DNA from: a virus
Taxonomy: Duplodnaviria; Caudoviricetes
DNA length: 27,260 nt
Direction: 5' to 3' (one strand)
IMG/VR virus record: IMGVR_UViG_3300031673_000386
Coordinates: 1-27,260 of that record
A program made the translations under genes and the position numbers. The notes under the pieces were generated by a model that searched no databases, was not told the DNA's origin, and worked only from the letters and a program-made list of their open reading frames with translations. Of the stretch, positions 1 to 8,174 are shown piece after piece (the first letter of the stretch is position 1; each line of letters begins with the position of its first letter).

Positions 1-686
1 CCGCTCATGCCACTTGGAAGATTTACTGCTACAAGAGACTTATTAGTTTGATGAATATAATCACCAAAAGCACCTGTCATTCCCGAAGGGTAAGAAATAT
101 ACAGTAAGCTTCCACAATTAGCGAAACCATAACCATTAATTACATTTACATGTGCACCTAAATAAATTTTTAATAAAATGAATGCATAATTTCCACTGCT
201 GAAAATAGCAGTTGCGGCAGCTCCTCGTCCAATTTTAAAACTTCCTGCACAGGTGATCGTAATTGTATAACTCCCCTCTGTATAGGCTGCCGGTTTCTGG
301 ATGGTAATATTTCCTGAACTACTTGTTACTGAATTATCACCATGCCCCCAATTTATCGTCATTTCATCAGCCGTATTTTTATATAGATAAATTGTTGGTT
401 GTAGTCCTGTTAGTGAATTAACATGAACGAAAATATAGGTTTTCCCGTCCGTAGTATCATAAATTGCTCCTACATCCAAGTCGCGTGTTACATTTGTAAA
501 TGTGCCATTCCAACTTTGAAATGTCAGATATGTATGTGTTGGAGGTGTTGGAGCTGTGGCGCTACCTCCACTGGCGACCCATTGCTCCTTTAAAATAGTT
601 CCATCAAAATCTATAAAACGGACTACAAAATCAGTTGCTGTTGCGCCTCCACCCATTTTAGGTAATATAAATTTCCCTACTGTCAT
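1..686 (-). CDS. Receptor-binding/adhesin-like protein (Listeria-Bacteroides repeat + PKD/Ig-like + BspA-type LRR), 3' end outside the window
   Basis: Absent from the ORF track because there is no stop in the window. ATG at 686-684 overlaps the TGA of the upstream ORF (ATGA). Manual translation is open to base 1: MTVGKFILPKMGGGA..VRFIDFDGTILKEQWVASGGSATAPTPPTHTYLTFQSWNGTFTNVTRDLDVGAIY (InlB-B/Flg_new-like), ..TINWGHG..YTEGSYTITIT (PKD-like), ..GFANCGSLLYISYPSG..SLVAVNLPSG (LRR_5-like). Confidence 0.8.
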   Translation of the reverse strand, partial: MTVGKFILPKMGGGATATDFVVRFIDFDGTILKEQWVASGGSATAPTPPTHTYLTFQSWNGTFTNVTRDLDVGAIYDTTDGKTYIFVHVNSLTGLQPTIYLYKNTADEMTINWGHGDNSVTSSSGNITIQKPAAYTEGSYTITITCAGSFKIGRGAAATAIFSSGNYAFILLKIYLGAHVNVINGYGFANCGSLLYISYPSGMTGAFGDYIHQTNKSLVAVNLPSGMS

Positions 687-1033
687 AATGCTTTCTCTGT
701 TATATTAATAGTCACACCTATATCATCTGTTGGTTCATTTACTGCATAAATGGTAACTGTCCCTTCTGTGCTTTCCGTGGCAGGAAGTATTTCAGCAGCA
801 ACAACAATTTCATAATCTTCATTATCGGGAATTACTTCTACAATACTATTTGCAGTAATATTTTCATTCGAAAGATCATACTCAAAAAAGGTAATACCTT
901 CTTCCCATCCAGTCTGCAAAATGGTTAATCCTATGACTTGAATTTGAGGCTCAGCAAATAATCCATTCAGAAGAATTTCATCATAAGTTCCTTCTGCATT
1001 TTCCCTTACTGCTTTAATATCTCCTTGTGCCAT
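683..1033 (-). CDS. Small acidic tail-fibre adapter-like structural protein
   Basis: 116 aa, beta-rich. The pattern GW..ITANSIVEV..GTVTIYAVNEPTDDIGV resembles small phage fibre-associated domains. Translationally coupled to the LRR gene. Confidence 0.55.
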   Translation of the reverse strand: MAQGDIKAVRENAEGTYDEILLNGLFAEPQIQVIGLTILQTGWEEGITFFEYDLSNENITANSIVEVIPDNEDYEIVVAAEILPATESTEGTVTIYAVNEPTDDIGVTINITEKAL

Positions 1034-1043
1034 ATTTACTTAA

Positions 1044-2093
1044 TTAAGTCCAGTTTGTAGCCATCGGAGCACGTTTCCATGTATCAGTGGCCGTACATAT
1101 ATATAAGAAATTATCGTCTTTGGCAATCATTCCTAAAGTTCCTGTTGAATTTTTAGCTGCTGGTGCAGTCTGCCAAAGAATCGACATTGCCTGGGCGGCA
1201 GTTAATGCTGCAATATTGCCAGATGCAACACGGCCTACAAAAGTTTGTTCTCCAACAGTTACTGCAGCGGGAGTATTATCAGAAATAGATGCTAAAATTG
1301 AATGAGCATCAAACAGTGCTTTCGCAACATAGTTAGTAGCTGTTTCATAAGCCATTGATCCTGGGGCTCCTGTACCAGCTTTAATAAGTTTCCCTGTTGT
1401 GCCATCAAACAAAACAAGATACCCATCACCAACAGAAGCGGGACCAATAACTGCACCATCAATATTTTTCTGAACAATATTAAACTTAGCTCCTTCTGAG
1501 GATTCATCCCCTCCATTACTTGTTGTCTTACATATAATAGTATCTCCTGCTTCTACAGGCTGTCCGTTTGATCCACCAATCTTACCTGCTACGCTAACAA
1601 TCCAGACATTACCAACAGCAGCAGCCGGATAATTGGGGTTGCCAGAGCAATCAATAACATCAATATAAGTTAAAGGATTACTTGGCAAATCAGTAATTAA
1701 AGCTACTGTACCTGAAGCATTCGGGAATTCAATAGTTCTATCATCTGTTAATTGATCATTTTGCAGAATCAATGTTTTATCTGATGCTCCTGCAATTACT
1801 TTTACTTGAATCTTACCAGTAGAAGAATCAGAATCGATATCAAAAGTACTGCCCGTTGTTCCTGTATCAGTATTTTGAGTGTGTCCTGCTGAATCAATAA
1901 TCCACTTTAAACCTGTTACCTCTGCATCATCCCTAACAAGCTTATACCCGTTAGGTCCACCTGCCAATACAGCCGGAGTACCATCAGCAAGCGCAGAGAG
2001 TAATGCTCCTTTGGCAATATTCACGATCTTTTCGGAAAACTCAACGCCTTCCGAAGCTACGTTTTGAATTAATAGTAAATCATACTGTGCCAT
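1044..2093 (-). CDS. Tail or head fibre-like structural protein
   Basis: 349 aa, rich in G/A/T/S. Mosaic of fibre-type motifs: LTDDRTIEFPNASGTVAL, NYPAAAVGNVWIVSVAG, GPASVGDGYLVLFDGTTGKLIK, and C-terminal DDNFLYICTATDTWKR. Confidence 0.7.
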   Translation of the reverse strand: MAQYDLLLIQNVASEGVEFSEKIVNIAKGALLSALADGTPAVLAGGPNGYKLVRDDAEVTGLKWIIDSAGHTQNTDTGTTGSTFDIDSDSSTGKIQVKVIAGASDKTLILQNDQLTDDRTIEFPNASGTVALITDLPSNPLTYIDVIDCSGNPNYPAAAVGNVWIVSVAGKIGGSNGQPVEAGDTIICKTTSNGGDESSEGAKFNIVQKNIDGAVIGPASVGDGYLVLFDGTTGKLIKAGTGAPGSMAYETATNYVAKALFDAHSILASISDNTPAAVTVGEQTFVGRVASGNIAALTAAQAMSILWQTAPAAKNSTGTLGMIAKDDNFLYICTATDTWKRAPMATNWT

Positions 2094-2112
2094 GATATTT
2101 TATTTTCAAAAA

Positions 2113-2379
2113 TCAATCGTTATAATACAATCTGAATGGAATTTTAATATTTTCCTTTGTTTCCAATGCAAGTCTCAGAACATTAATTAAATCATCATGA
2201 GTAAGAATTACTCCGCAAAAGATGTTATTGTTTTTTAACAGTTCGTTAATCGTTCCTTCTGTTTCATCAAGAAGCTTTTTTTCTTCTTGTTCAGATTTCT
2301 CAAGCAATTTTTGCATTTCCAACAGTTTTTTAGCCTGTTTTTCGGTTTCTTTTTTTACCATTTTACTTTTACGCATCAT
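2113..2379 (-). CDS. Hypothetical protein with coiled-coil N-terminus
   Basis: 88-aa ORF that tiles with its neighbours in the operon. K/E-rich helix. Confidence 0.6.
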   Translation of the reverse strand: MMRKSKMVKKETEKQAKKLLEMQKLLEKSEQEEKKLLDETEGTINELLKNNNIFCGVILTHDDLINVLRLALETKENIKIPFRLYYND

Positions 2380-2388
2380 GATATATAT

Positions 2389-2637
2389 TTAAGTTTGAAA
2401 TAATACACTTCGTTTCCATACAGCTTCTCCAACTTCGCCTGTTTTAACGCATTTATAGATATAATCATCATCAATGCTTGTTTGTCCATATACTCCGGCA
2501 TCTACTCCTGTTTTTTTCTCTCCTGTCATGGGAGTCCATAAATCTTTTTCATCCTGGCTTACATGCTCCGATGTCCAGAGTTTATTCATCCAATCTTTAA
2601 ATGCTGCCCATGTTTTTCCTAATTGTACATCATTCAT
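2389..2637 (-). CDS. Small structural protein with the shared C-terminal D..Y.Y.C..WKR module
   Basis: 82 aa. C-terminus GVYGQTSIDDDYIYKCVKTGEVGEAVWKR resembles the fibre C-terminus. Confidence 0.65.
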   Translation of the reverse strand: MNDVQLGKTWAAFKDWMNKLWTSEHVSQDEKDLWTPMTGEKKTGVDAGVYGQTSIDDDYIYKCVKTGEVGEAVWKRSVLFQT

Positions 2638-2638
2638 A

Positions 2639-2953
2639 TCAGTTGATTGTTGCTGTGTTATAACCTAAAAGATATTTATAATCAAGATCAATGGCATAAG
2701 AACCATTAGTATCAATTATTCTGCTGTTTTGTAATTGCCCGTGGATTGTTTCAACCATTCCTGATTTCGATAAATGGGAAAAATAAATAAATTTCATATT
2801 ATCAATCTGATGAGATAATTCTATTTGAGAACCAATAACATGGGAAAAATTCACAAGCTTTTCCTTGTCAACCTGATGAAGTAATTCCTGTTGAGGATTT
2901 GTTAAATGAATAAAATCTTCATGCTTTTCAATAATATGTTTTAATTCATTCAT
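2639..2953 (-). CDS. Hypothetical protein
   Basis: 104 aa. ATGA overlap with the upstream gene and 1 nt from the downstream gene. Confidence 0.6.
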   Translation of the reverse strand: MNELKHIIEKHEDFIHLTNPQQELLHQVDKEKLVNFSHVIGSQIELSHQIDNMKFIYFSHLSKSGMVETIHGQLQNSRIIDTNGSYAIDLDYKYLLGYNTATIN

Positions 2954-3324
2954 TTTCTTTCCATTGCATTATAAATAAGTGAATATCCTTCTGAATGATC
3001 GGTGAAATAACCGTCCGGCATTTCCGGATCTTCAATAATTATTGTGGTAGCAGCGTAAATTGCTGCCTTTGTATGCGGAAGTATTTCTCCGTCCATCGCT
3101 ACTTTAATTGTATATTCATCAGCTATAACAAGATTATCGTTTGTGTATTCCTCGATATTTACACCACATTTAAGAATAACTCCTGAATTAGAAAATATTT
3201 TTACTCCATAACCATATAAGGCGGATAATAGAATAGGATTGCCATCTGCATCAAGAAATCTTACTGTCAGTTTTTTATCTTCAGTAATATCTCCAAACCA
3301 CCATATTCCGGATTGTGTTGCCAT
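2950..3324 (-). CDS. Putative Ig-like (BppU N-terminal-like) structural protein
   Basis: 124 aa, beta-rich. LTVRFLDADGNPILLS resembles BppU_N-type domains. The function call is tentative. Confidence 0.5.
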   Translation of the reverse strand: MATQSGIWWFGDITEDKKLTVRFLDADGNPILLSALYGYGVKIFSNSGVILKCGVNIEEYTNDNLVIADEYTIKVAMDGEILPHTKAAIYAATTIIIEDPEMPDGYFTDHSEGYSLIYNAMERK

Positions 3325-3335
3325 TATTTATTGTT

Positions 3336-3668
3336 TTAAGTCCAAAAACTAATTTTAGGCGAAACTCTTGCTGTTTGCCATTTTATATCACAACTTCTCA
3401 CCGCGCTAATTTTAAAACCATTAGCCGTTTTTTCTGTGATATCAAGTTCTCCTTTTACATCAATGTCATCTCCGTCCAGGGCTTCAATTATTCTTATAGC
3501 ATAATCGTCCGCATCATCGTAGGCATCTCCACTGAATGATATTGTATTCTCACCGGCAGAAGCCTCTTTTTCCCCGTATTTTATTAGGAAAATATTAATC
3601 AGCATAGCACAGACAAGGTCTTCTACTTCTTTCCTGAATGCTGCTATTAATTCTTCCTGTGTTGGCAT
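3336..3668 (-). CDS. Hypothetical virion protein (possible small beta-sandwich, lectin-like C-terminus)
   Basis: 110 aa, in the operon. Motif EKTANGFKI..DIKW. Confidence 0.55.
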   Translation of the reverse strand: MPTQEELIAAFRKEVEDLVCAMLINIFLIKYGEKEASAGENTISFSGDAYDDADDYAIRIIEALDGDDIDVKGELDITEKTANGFKISAVRSCDIKWQTARVSPKISFWT

Positions 3669-3671
3669 TTT

Positions 3672-4745
3672 TTATAAATTTCTGTATGATAACTGTTCCT
3701 GCTCAAAAGCTACTTTAGCCAGATCAACACGTTCCGTAATTTGCAATATCATGCCCGCTGCCACCCAGGTTAAGGCATCCACAAGGTTGGATTGAATATC
3801 CTGAGCACTCGTCTCCGGAACGTAAAGCATTTTTTCAAGGGTATGATTTTCATTAATCGAATAATATTCAATTACTCGTATTAAAAATCCGCCAATTGTT
3901 CTGTAATTATATACAGCAACCGGTTTAACCGTTTTACCTCTTAAATATTTGTTTCTTTGAAGTTTATAATGAGGATGATAGGTAGTTATTGCATAACTAA
4001 CTTCTCTTTCCCAGTCCTCCATTTTAAGAGCAATCAATCTGAGAAAATTAAGTGGCAATTCAATGTATCCAGTTTCCAGGATACCATCTATTCCACCTGT
4101 TAGAGATGTTTCAATTTTTGCATTAACTACGCCGCTTCCATCGCCCTCAACTTTTACCGTGACAAGTGCCGATGCTTCCGGATCTGCGTCAACAGCAGCT
4201 TTTACCTCTTCTGCAGTTGAAGTAATTACTCCTGTTTCATCAGTGGCCAATGATACTGATATGTCTGTATCAACTACCGTTACTTCAAGAGGCTGGTTAT
4301 TACCCGAAGGATCAACATGGGTAACTGTTATATTATCACCATCTACTCCGGCTTCTTTGGCTATGTAAGTAATATCAGCTTTTTCATTGGTCATGTCAAT
4401 TTTAACCAATGCTCTGGCCCCATCTTCGGGAACAACAGGTTGTGAACTTGCATCGACCGGCTCAATTATATGAAGTGGTGCATTTAATAAAACTCTTTTG
4501 GCAGCTTCATCGAGAATAGCATTTATAAGCAGATTTAACGGGTCCGAAATATTTATATCATCTTCAACCGAAAACTGAACTCCTTCCCCTTCCGGAATTA
4601 TTTCATCCAGTTTTGCTTTTACGTAATTGATTAAAGTTAATCGTTCCGACAATATAGTCCCGCTTCCGGATCCTACACCGTAAGTTGCAAGCAGATTCGC
4701 CAATGCTTGGTCAAATGATATTCTTTCTGAACTTATACTTGCCAT
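3672..4745 (-). CDS. Putative head-tail adaptor/connector protein carrying an inserted 114-aa domain
   Basis: Helical N- and C-termini (ILDEAAKRV; LVDALTWVAAGMIL) and GYIELPLNFLRLIALKM are typical of adaptor proteins. It lies just after the capsid block. The insert is at 4083-4424. Confidence 0.55.
   Translation of the reverse strand: MASISSERISFDQALANLLATYGVGSGSGTILSERLTLINYVKAKLDEIIPEGEGVQFSVEDDINISDPLNLLINAILDEAAKRVLLNAPLHIIEPVDASSQPVVPEDGARALVKIDMTNEKADITYIAKEAGVDGDNITVTHVDPSGNNQPLEVTVVDTDISVSLATDETGVITSTAEEVKAAVDADPEASALVTVKVEGDGSGVVNAKIETSLTGGIDGILETGYIELPLNFLRLIALKMEDWEREVSYAITTYHPHYKLQRNKYLRGKTVKPVAVYNYRTIGGFLIRVIEYYSINENHTLEKMLYVPETSAQDIQSNLVDALTWVAAGMILQITERVDLAKVAFEQEQLSYRNL
4083..4424 (-). 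repeat. Copy 1 of a duplicated 114-aa domain
   Basis: Aligns without gaps to 4921-5262. 72/114 residues identical by manual count. Confidence 0.9.
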
Positions 4746-4764
4746 TTTAACTTTTTTTATTTAC

Positions 4765-4801
4765 AAAAAACCCCGCCCTGAAAATACCGGGCAGGGCTTT
4801 T
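4765..4801 (-). terminator. Intrinsic terminator after the capsid/decoration genes
   Basis: Minus strand GCCCTGCCC-GGTATTTTCA-GGGCGGGGT followed by TTTTT. The A/T tails on both sides allow bidirectional use. Confidence 0.75.
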
Positions 4802-4821
4802 GTTAAGGAATCACAATAAAA

Positions 4822-5391
4822 TTACAGCCCAGCATGGGCAACTTTCTTCCAAACCTGTTCAGATATTTTAACATAGAAATTGGTAGCATCAAATGCTGCG
4901 GAACCAATAATTCCTTCTGTTACATTTACTCCACCGGTAAGGGTTGCTTTTGCCAGTGCATTGACAACACCGGCCCCGCCACCTTCAACAGCGACAGTAA
5001 CAAGTTCACTTGCTTCTGCATGTGCGTCAACAGCAGCCTTTACCTCTGCGGCAGTAGATTCTATAGCACCCCCAGAACCAGTTTTTAGGGATACAGTAAT
5101 ATCCTTGCCGCTCACGGTAACGACTAAAGGTTGATCGTTCCCAGCGGGATCAACATGGGTAACAGAAATACTGTTTCCGTCCGTTCCGTATGCTTTTGCA
5201 GTATAGGTAATATCAGCATTGGCATTGGTCATGTCAACCGTAACTGCTGCCTTTACTCCGTCAACAGGTGTTGCTTCTTTAAACATGGCATCAAAGGCCG
5301 CGCCGGCAATTTCTGCCAGCTTGTTTTCCAGCGATTTTGCATCTCCATAATGCTTACCGCTATATTTTTCAATAAATTCATCCCTTGTCAT
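4822..5391 (-). CDS. Putative capsid decoration/head fibre protein
   Basis: 189 aa, two genes after the MCP and before the terminator. Contains the duplicated domain plus C-terminal GIIGSAAFDATNFYVKISEQVWKK. Confidence 0.65.
   Translation of the reverse strand: MTRDEFIEKYSGKHYGDAKSLENKLAEIAGAAFDAMFKEATPVDGVKAAVTVDMTNANADITYTAKAYGTDGNSISVTHVDPAGNDQPLVVTVSGKDITVSLKTGSGGAIESTAAEVKAAVDAHAEASELVTVAVEGGGAGVVNALAKATLTGGVNVTEGIIGSAAFDATNFYVKISEQVWKKVAHAGL
4921..5262 (-). repeat. Copy 2 of the duplicated 114-aa domain
   Basis: DGVKAAVTVDMTN...LTGGVNV versus DGARALVKIDMTN...LTGGIDG. Confidence 0.9.
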
Positions 5392-5396
5392 GATAT

Positions 5397-5828
5397 TTAA
5401 TTTTTAAAATTATTATCCGTTTCAAATAGCATATTCAAACCAAGGTCTAATGCTTCCTTAATTACCTTAGTTTTATTATTGAGTTTTGTGAATGAGATTC
5501 CGTATTCTTTGTTTAACCAGGTTTTACCTTCCTGAACATTACGAAAACTCACTTCTTTCATCATTAGCTCTTCCATTACAGCAACTTCCTGTATTGGATC
5601 CGGAGCAGGTTGTTCAAAAACTTCTTCCAGTTTGAAAGAAACATTAAAAGAAGAATGGCTTTCCAATAATTCCTGTTCTTCGACTTTTTCAGTTGAGTAT
5701 GAAGGAGGTTTAAAAACCGGATTTCTAAAGCCTCCCCGGAAATCAAAAGTACGAAGCATGTCCCCGTCCATTATGTCAATGGACAAGGGGCAGGCTCCGG
5801 TTGATATATACTTTTTACGAGTCATCAT
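5397..5828 (-). CDS. Hypothetical protein downstream of the major capsid gene
   Basis: 143 aa, tiles between the MCP and decoration genes. Small helical C-terminal domain. Confidence 0.7.
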   Translation of the reverse strand: MMTRKKYISTGACPLSIDIMDGDMLRTFDFRGGFRNPVFKPPSYSTEKVEEQELLESHSSFNVSFKLEEVFEQPAPDPIQEVAVMEELMMKEVSFRNVQEGKTWLNKEYGISFTKLNNKTKVIKEALDLGLNMLFETDNNFKN

Positions 5829-5837
5829 TCTTAAATA

Positions 5838-7202
5838 TTATACCCCGATAACCCAACAGTGAGTATCAAGATTTTTAAATGCCATAGACCAGTGTTCGAG
5901 TATTCGCTTTGCATCAACCCTTTTCTGTCCAGTCTCATCCAGATTAAGAGTTTTAACTTGTGTAGGTTCGTAAATACCACGTTCAACATGTTCCATGTCA
6001 AGGACAAGGCCGTTATCAGAATATCCATATACTTCATCAAATGCCTGGTGCCTGCGAATCAATAATTCTCCAAATCCTGTTACAATCCTGTTAAATCTGA
6101 TGCCAGCTACAACTTCAGTTGCCTTCGCTTCCATCTGTTTCTGTACGATATCGGCATTCATCATTCGCTCCAATAAGTTATTCCCGGAGAACAATAATCT
6201 TCGGTCGGAACCATTGTTGCCAGTAAAAATGTATTTCGACCAGCTATTAAAAATTGCATTTGTAATAGCAACAATTTTAGTATATTCCTTCTTTTTAGTG
6301 ATGTAATAATCGGCACCACCCAAAAGATTCACCTTCTTTCTCAGGATAGGATCATAAAATCCTTTTTTAGGATAACCAAACAGCATCGCCATTTCTGCCT
6401 GTGCTCTCATGTCTATAATTGCATCTTCCTTATAATCCATGATATTCAAATCAACTTCTTTCAGATGCGCTTTAGCAACAAGTGACTCTTCAACCTGTGC
6501 CATGAATATCTGGGCATAGTTATAAGTATCATAGGGTGCAATTTCAACGGGTTCAGTCTGTGCATCTGTTTCACCATGGGCGTTCCCGATACGGGTTATA
6601 TAACTACTATTGGGCACTCCCGGCATTAAATCACCTAATACCGCCGGATTACCAACAGTTCGTCCATTTACCGGTGTAACTGTAATTTTATTTAAAGTCA
6701 CATCAACAGCTGAGACTAAACTCCGAAGTTTTTTCCCATCACCCCCGGTAACCGTAGGAAAAAATACAGTATCATGCGGAGCCCATTGGTGAGCACTATT
6801 TACAGTTAGCTGACCTGATTTAGTTCCTGCAAAAGCATATTCTGCTGTTAACTGATCCTGTAATCCACGTTCATCTTTTTGATAAAATTTCCATTCTTCG
6901 CTTTTGATAGGTTTTACTTTTCCAATTTCACGCATAATTGTATCAAGCGGATAAACATCACGCCGAATCTGAGTGATTAACTTAGATATTTCCGGCCTTA
7001 ATAAGTTCGAAGCGGCATCATCAAGCGTTTCAGTTGTCGCTGGTTCTCCGGAAATCGTAGTTGCTGCGCTTGCTACTGCAAGTGTTAATCCCATACCTCC
7101 AAGTATTCCGATTGCAGGGAAAAACATGCAAAGCATAATAAGCATCCCCATTCCTCCAAGTAGGAACTTGGCAATTTTCTGATAATTTGTTTTCTGTTTC
7201 AT
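5838..7202 (-). CDS. Major capsid protein (HK97 fold, SU10/DUF5309-like) with a hydrophobic N-terminal leader
   Basis: Motifs YNYAQIFMAQVEES, AEMAMLFG, SDRRLLFSGNNL, TGFGELLIRRH and GLVLDMEHV. Lies directly downstream of the scaffold. Size is 454 aa. Confidence 0.85.
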   Translation of the reverse strand: MKQKTNYQKIAKFLLGGMGMLIMLCMFFPAIGILGGMGLTLAVASAATTISGEPATTETLDDAASNLLRPEISKLITQIRRDVYPLDTIMREIGKVKPIKSEEWKFYQKDERGLQDQLTAEYAFAGTKSGQLTVNSAHQWAPHDTVFFPTVTGGDGKKLRSLVSAVDVTLNKITVTPVNGRTVGNPAVLGDLMPGVPNSSYITRIGNAHGETDAQTEPVEIAPYDTYNYAQIFMAQVEESLVAKAHLKEVDLNIMDYKEDAIIDMRAQAEMAMLFGYPKKGFYDPILRKKVNLLGGADYYITKKKEYTKIVAITNAIFNSWSKYIFTGNNGSDRRLLFSGNNLLERMMNADIVQKQMEAKATEVVAGIRFNRIVTGFGELLIRRHQAFDEVYGYSDNGLVLDMEHVERGIYEPTQVKTLNLDETGQKRVDAKRILEHWSMAFKNLDTHCWVIGV

Positions 7203-7214
7203 TTTCGTAAAATT

Positions 7215-8174
7215 TTATAGAATTGATTTTTTATTTGCAATTTTTTTAAGGCCGGTAGTGAACTGATCTTCTTTCTTTTCTGGTGTTAAACTTCCGGTAC
7301 TTGCAAGTTTGGGTAGCCCGTCTCCGGATTCCTTATTTATCCTTTTTTTTTCGATCTGTTCGTTTCGTCCTTTAACAAGAGCATCTTCTACTGCTGTTTC
7401 CTTTTCTTTTTCTTTTTCAGATACAACAACTTCATGTCTTAGCCCATTGGCTAATTTTTTCCAGTTTTCAGGTTTAATCAAACCATCCTGCATGAAATCC
7501 TGAATAATTTCACCGGCCATTTTCCCTACTTCCATAGTAGTCGCATCATCCAGTCCCAACTCATCTTTAATATTGATCAGGTTCTGAGCAGATACAACTT
7601 TATTTTTTTCGATGTTTTCAAGTTTGGATTTTCGTTCGTTAACAGTTTTTTTTCGGGTTTCTTTTGCCTTCATTACTGCTTCCTCATCCTCTGCTCCTTC
7701 CGGTGGAGTAAGACTTTCAACATCAAAATACATGGCCATTGCTTGTTGTGGTGTATAGCCTTTTCGTAGGCCCAAGAGAAAATCGCCAAACTCCGGAAAT
7801 TCTTCAACAACCTGATAAAGGTCGTCATGAAGGGAGACTGTTTTCTCAACAAGAGGGAGCAATGATTCCATTAATTTTTCGGGAGTAGAAACATCAGCAT
7901 CGGGAAAGAATCTTATTATATATTCTGTAAGTTTTTCTTGTGCTCCGGTGGCTCCCGGAACTTCTTCCTGATCTGCTTCCGGAACTTCTGCTGATATAGG
8001 GGGTTCTTCTAATGATTCAGCAACAGGTATTTCTTCAGTATCTGTTGCTTTTGGTGTTTTGTCAATTACACCAGGTGAAATTTCTGGAACTTTCTCAGTT
8101 AGAACTTCACCTTGTTCTTGGTTTTCTTTTTCTTTATCCATATCAGATACTTTTCCTAATTTTCCTAATTTCAT
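7215..8174 (-). CDS. Putative capsid scaffolding protein (start may be ATG at 8141)
   Basis: Acidic, P/E-rich disordered N-terminus, coiled coils and a basic C-terminal tail. Immediately upstream of the MCP. Confidence 0.7.
   Translation of the reverse strand: MKLGKLGKVSDMDKEKENQEQGEVLTEKVPEISPGVIDKTPKATDTEEIPVAESLEEPPISAEVPEADQEEVPGATGAQEKLTEYIIRFFPDADVSTPEKLMESLLPLVEKTVSLHDDLYQVVEEFPEFGDFLLGLRKGYTPQQAMAMYFDVESLTPPEGAEDEEAVMKAKETRKKTVNERKSKLENIEKNKVVSAQNLINIKDELGLDDATTMEVGKMAGEIIQDFMQDGLIKPENWKKLANGLRHEVVVSEKEKEKETAVEDALVKGRNEQIEKKRINKESGDGLPKLASTGSLTPEKKEDQFTTGLKKIANKKSIL

Noticed and set aside
4063-5134. Two similar plus-strand ORFs (4063-4368 and 4880-5134) sharing ASTAAFTS
   Set aside because: They are antisense shadows of the duplicated 114-aa domain on the minus strand, not independent genes.
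4083-5262. Duplicated domain as a DGR template/variable repeat pair
   Set aside because: Both copies are coding and diverge at many non-adenine and synonymous positions, and there is no reverse transcriptase in the window.
8151-8174. 9-bp tandem repeat TTTCCTAAT (LGK-LGK) at the annotated scaffold start
   Set aside because: Only two copies in AT-rich DNA, and it may lie upstream of the true start at 8141. No functional support.
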